Part shown: in pieces, positions 43,944 through 54,774 of the stretch
Layout of the letters: each line of letters opens with the position of its first letter
Numbering within the stretch: position 1 is the stretch's first letter
Assembly: GCA_003344405.1 (NCBI GenBank)
Contig: NOWV01000027.1
Span: 186,001 to 250,000, forward strand
DNA from: Trichoplax sp. H2
Taxonomy: Eukaryota
Length of the DNA stretch: 64,000 nt
Direction: 5' to 3'
The notes under the pieces: generated by a model
Seen by the model: only the letters and a program-made list of their open reading frames with translations
Databases searched by the model: none
What the model was told of the DNA's origin: nothing
Made by a program: the position numbers and the translations under genes

Positions 43944-46591
43944 TTATTCATTTAATAAATTAGAATGGTATTGCTTTGCAGTATTGCGAGCGTGATATAT
44001 AATCGTTTACTCATTGTACAGCGTTACGTATATTCCTTCATATCTACAAATAGTACTATCTAATCTGCAGCAGAATGTTCAGCATGCATAATATTAAGAG
44101 ATTTGCCACATCATCTAAATAAAATGTTATCCTTTGCTTATGCTTACCAAGTCTATTCTGACTTATGGGTTAGTTAAATATGATATCTTATCATTATTTT
44201 TGTTATATCCTATCGTAAGTCAATATCTGTATGCTATGAACATTATTATTAATGATGATCTAGCGCATATGTTCCAATTACAATTTTAAATGCAAAATAT
44301 ATATATAAGTGCTACATACGTATAAAAAAGCTCAAAAATTAATCAATGAATCAGTTAAATTGTTTTTACGATTTTAATATGACATCAACTAATACATGTA
44401 TACTTTCAATAGAAGTGTACGAAGTAGCAAGAATAATGTTCATACTGCAACTGTTTATGTAGCAGTTGTCGATTTTTGTTAATTAATCACAATGTAGTAA
44501 ATGAATTTTGCATCTACTGTTGTGAAAATGGGGATACGAAGAGATTGGGTTATGATGAATCTTTCACTTTTTTTAAAGAAAATTGAAAGAAGTATTAAAA
44601 TTATATGTTTGATTTAAAAAGCGAACAATAAACCGTATAGTAATAAGAAGTTTTAATTGATGAAATATGGATGTCAAACACTGCGTAATAGCATAATATT
44701 GGATTAGTATTAAGTAACAAATTCTGGTAAATTAATTACTGTACTCCTAAAATATCAATAGGTCACTTGATAGCTGAAACACATTTTACTGTAAGTATAC
44801 TAAATTGAGGAGCATTTTTGTAAACGAAGAAATCTTAGTTCATTTGGTGTCGGAAATCAAACTTTGCTTAAAGATGGTATGGTATGGCATTTTTTGATGC
44901 CTAGCTAATTTTAACCCTACTCCTATATATCGTATGTAATATACGAGTATAGATTCCTATATTTACTGCATACTTAGATCAATATTTCTTCGCGCTTTTC
45001 GAATATATACTTACCGCTTCATTAAGTATATCCTTGATCGATTATTACTTAAAATTGGTAGAAGGTGCATTTGCTTTTAATCAGCTATAAATATTTACAC
45101 AAATGATAGCTACGAACTGAGGAATATTTACTTATCGTTTTTAATTCATTTCTCGTAAATACGCGTATATAACTAACTACTCAGATTTGTAATTTTTCAT
45201 TTATCAATAAATATTACTGCTGCTATACAATCTGATTCCTTGCCTAATCAGGTATAGTAGTCATGATGAACTATTCTTAAGACTATCAAGGGGCGTTATA
45301 TCAATAAATTAATATGCTGTCCATATCGTCACGTCATGAGAATCTATGTGCAAGATGAAATCAATCATTTACAACTTTCGAACATTTCTATACAGTATAC
45401 TCTATTGATAAATTACGTTTACTTTTTATAGGTAGGAAAGTCTGAAATAGGTTTATCAATAGTATAATTAAAATTCTATTGATAGTAAATTTACTCCAAA
45501 TGAAGAAACACTACAGCTATCATGCAATTTGATTTTCTCAGCCATGTTAAAATATGAGTACACAATTTGATATTAAAATACCGTACGAAAACAGCAGTGA
45601 TAATGAAACATATTTATTAGGTTATACGTATGCCGCTTGTATACTACTGTACAAGTGTACATACGATATCACGGCAGAACAGGCTAAACACCAACGTTAT
45701 CGAGGCTTTACATATAATAGTGTGTTGTTAATATATTAATTAATGTCATTGCAGTCTATGATTTAAAATTGATCGATTAAAGATCACAAAACCGAGATAA
45801 TTTAGTGAATGCTTAGGGCTACTGTGTTGGCTTTACAAATAATAATGATAATGATAATAATTAGTTGATAGAAGCGAATGTCAAACTCAACTACTGAATA
45901 ACTTTAATATTATATAATATGTTACGCCAATATTGTCAATTTATAGTAGTACCGCTCTTACAGTATATTAATAAGCTGAGCTAATACTGTATTCGTCTAC
46001 ATTACTGTGTATCGTTTTAAGACAAGACCTATGCATTAACCTCAACAAGCATGATCGAATTTGTTATAGAAGCAGCTATTTAGTTAAGGCACGAAATACA
46101 GCGTATTTTATAAGCTATGGCAGTTATTAAGGCAAATAGATCAGTTTTAATACATGCTTGACGTGCATTTATGATTGTATGATGAATAGCATAAGAGCAA
46201 CGAATCTAGTCAATTTAAGACTGTGCCTACTGTACTGTATGTGTATGGATTGGAGGAAGGTTAAAATGATAATTACATAATTGATAATATTATTACGTAG
46301 ATTCCTAAGTGTATATATATACTGCGTGTAACAACATACAGTCGTGTAAATTTATGAATAGTATCAAGAAGGTAAGATAGTGATCGATAAAGTCATGAAT
46401 TAGCGAATTAATATGATTAATGATGCATCTTCATTTATTCTCTTGGAGTAGGTGATATAAAAGCTATGCAGTTTCGGTATTTATGGCAAAGCGTTTGCAA
46501 GGTCACACTGAAGATACATTCTTATATACAAGCACGAGTCCACATTTCATGGAAGCAAGACGAAATCCTATCCAAAGGCTGACGGAACATT

Positions 46592-46774
46592 TCACATTTT
46601 ATCTAATTCACTGTCGACTTCGCTGATTTTACTTTGCAATATTCTTTTCTTAGCTCGTAGGTACTTCCTGCGAACTGAACCGATCTCGTAGCCGCAAACC
46701 ATTCCTCCAACAAAGACCAACGTCAAAACTACAGTAAATGTAGTTTTACTCATGGATAGACTGTCACCACTCAT
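46592..46774 (-). CDS. MTLN: Mitoregulin-like mitochondrial micropeptide (60 aa, single TM helix + basic coiled tail)
   Basis: MSGDSLSMSKTTFTVVLTLVFVGGMVCGYEIGSVRRKYLRAKKRILQSKISEVDSELDKM. Its last 56 aa align without gaps to human mitoregulin as recalled, sharing FxxGxxxG(W/Y), RRxYL, KRxLQxK and a terminal LD. The ATG context is AAAG-ATG, and a polypyrimidine/CCTAG splice acceptor lies just upstream (~46799). Confidence 0.8.
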   Translation of the reverse strand: MSGDSLSMSKTTFTVVLTLVFVGGMVCGYEIGSVRRKYLRAKKRILQSKISEVDSELDKM

Positions 46775-47045
46775 CTTTACAATCAACAAGCTCTGGTCCT
46801 AGGTAGGCAAAGAGAGATTTAAGTTAGTCAATCCTGTAAATATCTCAACGACGGATGAAATATGGTCTACTGATTGAATTGATCATACAACATTGAAAGT
46901 ATTCCCTTAACTAATATACTGTATGATTCGTATTGCATTATCAGCTACATAAAAAGGGAGGCAATCTTCTTGAAAATGCTAGAGTGATAAAAAAGACTTT
47001 ACCAAGGATATTTAGATGAATTAAAATGGAGAGATAGAATCAAGG

Positions 47046-47451
47046 AGTTCGATTAATAGCAGGTTTTAATTTTCCTGTCGTTATGGACTGATCAAGTTAG
47101 CTTATAATATTCCTCCACCCTTGATGGACTATTATAATTGGCTAAAGGGAAAGACTTCTGTTGGTGCCGCTCCGATAGAATTTACTATAGCCAAATCGCT
47201 GTATTATAACAAAGAAAGTACCGGGATTGATCCCGTTATAGGGAATCGACGATGCCAGTCTCTCAAGAGTGATTTATATATTAGGTGATATCATGTTTGG
47301 GATATATGATAGTCCTGTTACATCAAACTTTTGGTCACGAGGAGCCTTCAGACCATGTGATAGGCTGCCCTCAAGGTTCTTGTATGCTTTTAGGTACTGT
47401 ACGCGATCGCCTTGAATACTAACTATAATTAGTATAGCATCGGGCGTGATC
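47046..47451 (+). ncRNA. Candidate structured RNA (six consecutive hairpins), identity unknown
   Basis: Hand-folded stems at 47046-47089, 47098-47144, 47153-47260, 47283-47316, 47339-47372 and 47405-47451. Most non-Watson-Crick pairs are G-U on the + strand. GC content looks higher than the flanks, and there is no convincing ORF. Confidence 0.35.
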
Positions 47452-47747
47452 TACCGCAACTTGTACCGTAGAACTTGATCGATGATGAGGTGATTTGGCT
47501 TTGGCCATGCACAACGAGATTTAAACCAACTGCAGCAGCGGCTTGCAAGCTGAGTAATAAAGTGTTGAAAGTGCAAAAGCTAGGAAGAAAATTGGACTGG
47601 AAGGATAGAAAAAGACTCACAAGTTGTTAAACAGCTACTACCAGTTTACAAAGGACATCCAATTTTGAACGATATACAGTATATCTGACGGCTTAACCGA
47701 TCACAAGGCAACGACGAGTTATCGCGCTGCAGAATTCCTGATCGAAA

Positions 47748-50351
47748 ATGGTAAGTCATGGAGAGGACGTATTGCTATAAACTGAAAATTGAAAATGCTT
47801 TGCCTCTTTAATGCATATTTTCCACCTTTTTCAACCATCATGAATCGTTGTTAACCTATAAATAGAGACTGTATCTCACTTTGGGATCAAAATACTTGCT
47901 GTTACTTACATCTTGAAAACTAATATGGAGAAGATAGTATTCTAATTGGCATAGCAACTGCACACATAGTCAGTCACTATTCGCATAATAGACCGTTGTA
48001 CAGTATATCAAATTGCCGGAAATGCTCATGAAGAATTGCCCGTCTAATTCACGATAATAATTATCGTGAATGATCAATTTACGAGCTTATACCTAATTCA
48101 CTTACAACACTACTATACAGTACAGCGTATTGATATGATGTCTATCATACGTGAAGTTCTTATATTGTTACGCTATATAAATCCAATGAAAGTAGCTCAG
48201 TTATCCGTCAGACTTGGAACGTTATAAAACTCCTCAGGTTCTACATTGAATTCCTTGCTAGTACGTATGGATCAGTCTAGCAGATTCAGTAGACATGAAT
48301 AGTGAACAAATGAGTGTAAATGAAGTCTATACCTGTAGATTACACTTGTACGATTCTATAGACAGTATCATGTATTATGGCGCATGCCAAGCAAGGAGCT
48401 ATGTTCAGGATTGCAGTTACTAATCAGTAGGAAATGAGACATTTTAGTTATATCTTTTAGCTCTTTGTAATGAATGGAGCCTATGGAAAGGATAGAGAGA
48501 AATAAGCTTCTGTTTGATATCGAAATTTTTTATTCACTAATAACAGGGAAAGGCCAAAAGAACTAGAAAATTTGCAGAAGTTAAGCGCCTAATCAATCCT
48601 AAAGACCCAAGAATGTAACTATTTCATTAACTATGAATATTTACTTTTGCCATCACTTACTGCCTAAATTAAATATTCAAAGTACCGTTTTAAATAGTGA
48701 ATGTATGGATTTACTTTTTACATTGGAAATTTACTTTCATGTGTAGGAGATACAAATGTGATTTATGTTAAAATGAAAATTACTGCTGTATATTGAGTTA
48801 ATTGCAACGAAATTTTGTCAGGAGATTGTCATACCTAATACCTACGTTCTTGTGATTTACACACTACAATATCGACCGGATAGCCTCCTTTGTAAATACT
48901 TTATGTCAAAATGTTACAAAACAGACTAAATGAGTACCAACAAATTAATATACAGTAGGTCTTTACATCATGCTATGCGTTAATACGCATGATTTTATAT
49001 TATTTAAGAAGGATATTCCATAAATTTTAATTCATGGAGCCTTTACATAAATAATATTACGACGATTAAAATACACGCTATTTTATAAACGGTTTATAAT
49101 GTATGCTATATCTAACCTAGTTTGATGTGGTATTCTTGCAGCAAAGACAACAAGCCCAGTAAAAAGAAAGACAATAAATCTGAAGACCAAGTTCGAAGAC
49201 TGTAAGTCTTTAATTCTTTATCGCTTTGTTAAATATTGATTTTATTACCATATATATTCAATAAGATAAGCTGCATGATGATCTAAATTGGAATGCTGCT
49301 CTTCCATGCGTAATGTATGCTAGATATTTTTAACTAACACAGTACTTGGTTATTTATTCAATTTGTAGCCAGCCAATCTTCTCTTCCCTCTATTTTCGCT
49401 ACAATACTCAACTAGGGCCGCCTTATCATATCATTGTAGATACAAACTTTATTAACTTTTCCATAAAAAATAAGCTCGACATTATGCAGTCTATGATGGG
49501 CTGCTTATATGCTAAGTGTAAGCAGATTTATAACTTGTTTTCTTTCGATTTTAGCCATTTATTGCATTTCTAAGTGATGTTAATATGCTAAAATTTGATC
49601 ACATGCATTTTTGGGCTAAAGTGGCAAGTTCTGATTGAATGATGTAGGTACTCCTTGTATAACTGACTGTGTTATGGGAGAATTGGAAAAATTAGGACCC
49701 AAGTATAGGGTTGCCCTAAGGTAGATTTTTAAACATCAATCGATGGTACTTTGGTTAACAATAGTATTGCTTGTATAGTAATTGTGAATATTTTTGCAGA
49801 ATTGCGAAAGATCCACGATTCGAGCGTTTACCTTGTATGCACAAGGGTACTTACGCTGACGATTGTATTGTCGAAAGAGTCAGCAGTGTAAATAGCAACT
49901 TCTAATTTCTTTCTTTTAATGCTGCATACTATACAATATGTTGCTGAACATGAAAACTGATTATTTTTTCCTTCTTTATACAGCAAAAGTGTTACATTGT
50001 AGCTACCTGCGATAGAGATTTAAAAAGGCGAATCAGAAAAATACCTGGAGTCCCGATCATGTATATTTCTCAGCATAAGTAAGTAATATCAGAATATAGT
50101 GCATTGAAGTATTAAGTGAAACTAACACGTTTCATGATACCGATCGTTATATCTTAGGTATACAATAGAGCAAATGCCAGATGCGTTTGGAGGTAAAAGC
50201 AATGAAACTTTATCTATTTACTGTTATGCTTATTGATTTTATTTAGCGATTGTTTGTAATCGGCGTTATTTACACGATATAGCAACAAATCCTTTACGAT
50301 AACATGGTAATTGATTGTATTTCTTCTTGTATTTTAGCACCTAGGATTTAA
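47748..50351 (+). CDS. FCF1: rRNA-processing PIN-domain nuclease FCF1/Utp24 (multi-exon)
   Basis: The first coding exon is the ATG alone (AAAATG|GTAAGT, 47748-47750). It is followed by [102 protein letters not shown] and the end MPDAFGAPRI*. Confidence 0.95.
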
Positions 50352-50961
50352 CTGGGCTATTCTCTGTAATTATTTCAGCGAGTTATGGTGATTTCATCCA
50401 GTAGTATCCTGTAGTGTTATGATACTGTAAGCGTTACTACAGACTATCTTATTAATGTGAATGAAGGCACCTTCAAATACAAGCTGTCAACAAGCGATTA
50501 CATTATAATATTATATCTAGTAATGATATTTATTCAATGGTCCTTCCTAGTATAATTATATAATAGAACTAAATCAGATTCACTGTAGTTTCTGCTGTAA
50601 ATAACTTGTAAAATGATGTTCATCACAATAAATTAGATTGCTTTTATTTGATCAATGAATAATTACAGAACCTATAGCCTTGATTATGTCGTATGATTAC
50701 GCTAGTGATGTCAAGTCATCCCATTATCAGATAAACAAAAATGTCTTAGCTACAGTATCACCTACTATCCGCCTGCTTGTACTATCGTGAGATACTGTCA
50801 AGCAAGTTCAACTATAATGTACGTATATTTTACTCGCATACGCGTATGCTGATCTTAAACAAACAGAGAGTAATGAAAATCGGAATGCAGGGTAAAAGGC
50901 TTACATAACATGGTGTACACATGATCAGTTATGTTATATTGTAACTGGTAAGGTACTACGA

Positions 50962-50990
50962 CATGGACTACTAAGACTTAGTAGTCCATG
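50962..50990. repeat. Perfect 14-bp inverted repeat CATGGACTACTAAG-A-CTTAGTAGTCCATG
   Basis: Read directly from the sequence. Related half-sites occur at 52768 (CATGGACTATAC), ~54610 (TAGTAGTCCATG) and 18202 (CATGGACTAGTAAG). Confidence 0.85.
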
Positions 50991-52527
50991 GTACTGTGTA
51001 CTGTGTTTTTAACAATTCAATTTAATGAAGTTGGGTATTTTTCTCTTACCCTTTAAAATATCGCTTGCAGGATAGTACTACTAATAACGATTGAATCTAA
51101 AATAAATAGTATAATCTGATACATTAAATGAGAGGGCAATCTACTAATCATCATTAAGCATTTTCCATTTTGATACAAGCTAGACTTTACTGTAACATTT
51201 TGTCGGCTAGTACATTGCAGTGTACAGAACTAACATTTTTCATAGTATCAGGATTTTACCTGATACTAATCGATACTATCTTGACAATACCAAGAAAAAT
51301 CTAACAGTTGATACCTCTATAGGACACAACAATACATTAACTATTTAGGTATTTATTATACGCAATGCTAATCAAAATGGCCAATAATGTGCTAATTGTT
51401 CTATCTAATTCTATAAAAAACATTTGCTTTATAGTCTCTAGAAGGCGATGACTTGGATACCCCTTAATTATTTCGCTTTATCGGTAAAGCGAATTCGAAT
51501 CGAGCAGTATCAACAAATTATGATAACTGTACTTAATGTGTCGTACGTAATACGAGATTACAGCTCAGTTTAAGTATTGCACAGGTGCACCGTGTACGCC
51601 TATCCATCTTGTATCCTAACTTGTATCAGTTGTATGAATGAAAGTATAGTAATTGCCACCACCGTCGTGATTGATAGATATTTTCAATCTCGATTGATCC
51701 ATCAGATCTCTTCAATAGTTTTTCATTGCAATGATAGCCATAAACAACTCAATACTTTAGTAAACTACTCACAGTACTCAGCCCATAAATGCACGGTCAA
51801 TTAGTCATGCTTGAGAGTCTCTTGATCTAATTAGCATCCACAGAGTGAAGCTCAATTAGTGAAATTAGGTTGCAGAGTGCATATATACAAGTGTATTGAA
51901 TGATAACATCGTTCTGTTTCATAGCCTATGGTATGATGGACTTTTTAGCATTACAGCCTTTGATCTAAGCACGATGAATCCAAAAGCGGATAACGCGTAC
52001 AATTACATTCCATGCTTCTGCACCACAGTAAAGCAGTGCATCGATGGTCACATTACACTGATGGATTGCTCAATTACAACAAGAATAATGATGATCATTT
52101 AGCAATCCATGGTACAGTACTGCAGTATGTAATACCGTCGAATGGAGATTAGAAAAAATAGAGCAATATGCTATATCTAAAAAGCAAGGCAAGCTGCTGC
52201 GAAGCTACTCCAGCGCCATCTGGTAGCTCAGGCGCGACTACTGATGCAAATTTAACATAAGCACAGAAATCACTTACTACAAAGTATAGCTGTTATTGCG
52301 TACGGGTACGACGGCTGCATAAACTGGTAGTGGATCTTTGGTAACCAAAGTCAGACACCGCGAACTACATCAGATCTGCCTGAAACAACAACTACAAGCG
52401 ATCATGACTCAACGCTAGGCGTCTACGTAAAACTACCGCATCCAAACTACCGAAATTTGTGATCGCCGAAAAGAATATATATTAAAAATTTTTTAAAATG
52501 CCTTTAATTATGGTTCAGAGTAACCAT

Positions 52528-52615
52528 TACAGTGTACAGTACAGTACTGTATCGGACAGTTTTGAATTTTTTAGCTACAGTACTCAGTACTGTATGTACT
52601 GTACAGTACAGTAAA
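52528..52615. repeat. (TACAG/CTGTA)n tract
   Basis: TACAGTGTACAGTACAGTACTGTA ... TACAGTACTCAGTACTGTATGTACTGTACAGTACAGTA. Confidence 0.8.
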
Positions 52616-54349
52616 AACAGACGGGGGACTACGAAAAAAAGGTACAGTCATGGATAGACGGATTACCTTACACGGAAGTGTAAAATGGAATACGAGAAAA
52701 AAGGAAAAAATAGCTCTCAGTCAGTTCTAGTTATTTATTTCTAAGAAAGGTAGAAGTTAAAATAGTTCATGGACTATACTGCGTTCTGCTTGATCAACGT
52801 CTTCATAGTTTGATCGATACTATTTTCGTCCAAGAATTCGAAATGGTTATATTTGCCAGTTATGACGTTGTAGCACCCTCATGATTCAGCAATTTATCCT
52901 AGTGTTTGTTCCTTTCATGAAATTGTCAACTTAATTCATTGAGGATAATGATACATCGTGTTTATTCATTGATAACAATGCTTGTGTCGCACTTTTATAT
53001 TCGCTCTAAAAGATTGTTGTATATTGATGTAATCTAATCGAAGAACGGCATCCATGTTCAAAAAAAAAACACGGATATTATAGAGTATCATTGGATTCTT
53101 GAAGCTACTATCTGCTGTTTCATGTCTAATTTACATCAATATTTAATTTTTTTTACCAATTTCAAGTAGAAAATTTCTCGAATTGAAAAGGGCTGGTACC
53201 TTATATACTGTACTGTACATTTGTACAGTAGTAGAGTTCGATTGGAATCTCGGGATTCGATAAAAAGTACTTTGGCATATACTCTATACTGTGTTATCTA
53301 CTTTACATTACACTACTAATGACTTTCTGTATAGAATACGTGAATAACTAAGCTCAGTGAGCATGTTGCATCTCCAAGTACTTGGCAATTCGACGTTGGC
53401 ACTTGTTAGTTCTGTTGGAACACTAAATCATGCCATACATTTAAATCCTCTCCCTTCTCTCTCCGAGAGTCTTTCTCGTCTATCTCTCACTACATCTTGT
53501 GTGTTAACTCCTTGCTGGACTAGAGGAAATGTTACGCACTATACGGTACGACACGGTCAATTCAAATTTTAGTGGGTTAGTAAAGATAGTGGTGTCGAGA
53601 AATTATTATGTAAAAATGTTCCGTGTATTCGTTGACAGAAGATACACAATTAACAGTAAACAATAGCTCCACTACCGGATCATCAATTGCCCTATAGTAG
53701 TCATTCTGTTACTATAATAAATTATACAGTATTATATCATGTACACTTTAACGCTAACCCATCATCACTAACTGTGATTCAATTAATTATAAATTCACCG
53801 TGGGTACAGTATTTACTTTGCTCTATTTTAATTCTAATTAGTCATGTTTATTTATTTATTTATTCATTTTTGTATTTATTTTATTGTGTTGCCTCATCAT
53901 GCGTTACTGTAGCATTATTTAGAAGTCATTATCACCAGTATCTTAACAAGGAGAGTCGTCAGCAGTAAATAGTACGAGGAGCATACGGTTATATTGTAAC
54001 CGCAAATAAAACTATCAAAGTTTTTCCTTCAAGTACCGCCGCTTCGCTGCCGATATTTTCTGAATTCCCTGCAACTAAAAAAAATATGACGCTCATCATA
54101 CGTCTATAAACGGAAGTTGCGGTCGTAATTTTGCTGTATGTGCTGTTACACCAATTCATGATAACAGTACCAAAAGAGCAAGTGAATCACTCATGTAATA
54201 CAGTACTTGCTTTAAAGGTACATCAGCGGCTATATTTAGTGATGTACATATAACTTGATCATCATAAGAATTAACCAAGTTTACACTATTTCGATCTCAT
54301 GTTTTTAATTTGGAGAAAAATTCAGCAGCGCGTTTCCACACTAAATTGC

Positions 54350-54650
54350 ACATACAGTATTCTAGACATTTTACGCAAGTACAGTTGTCCTACGCTACAG
54401 TACAACTACTGCAGAGTACAGTGTTGACACTGTTACGACATTTACTGTGCTGTACTGTACAGTACTTAAGCTGGCCACCGTATTTGGCATTACCGTAAAG
54501 AGTGCCAGTGAAAATGCGTTTTGACGGTATCAGACTATAGTATTATGCACAATTTTAGACTACTGCACATGTACTGTAGTGTACAATGTACAGTAGAGTA
54601 CTGTACTTTTAGTAGTCCATGATACGGTACCCTGTACAATACCACTGTAA
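54350..54650. repeat. (TACAG/CTGTA)n-rich tract immediately upstream of the alpha-actinin start
   Basis: Numerous TACAG, CTGTAC and GTACTGTAC units within about 400 bp of the ATG at 54775. Confidence 0.7.
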
Positions 54651-54774
54651 AGGAGGATGTGTGAAGCGCATGAAAAGCGACTCCAAGTGCTCTGGTCAGT
54701 GGATAGTACGATCGACCCGACAGCTAGCTGAGAAAATTGAAAATTTCCAACGTTTCTTCTTCCAGTGAATCAAA

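Noticed and set aside
47046..47400. Telomerase RNA or U3/U17 identity for the structured region (ATGT-TTGGG-ATAT resembles P6.1; ACATCA resembles an H box)
   Set aside because: No CTAACCCTAA-type template nearby, no terminal ACA box, and no complete U3 or U17 box set.
47274..47620. Possible upstream spliced ORF on the minus strand (bicistronic with the MTLN-like ORF)
   Set aside because: It needs a 44-nt intron, has no in-frame ATG and shows no recognisable homology. ORF 47429..47620 begins at a splice donor GTG.
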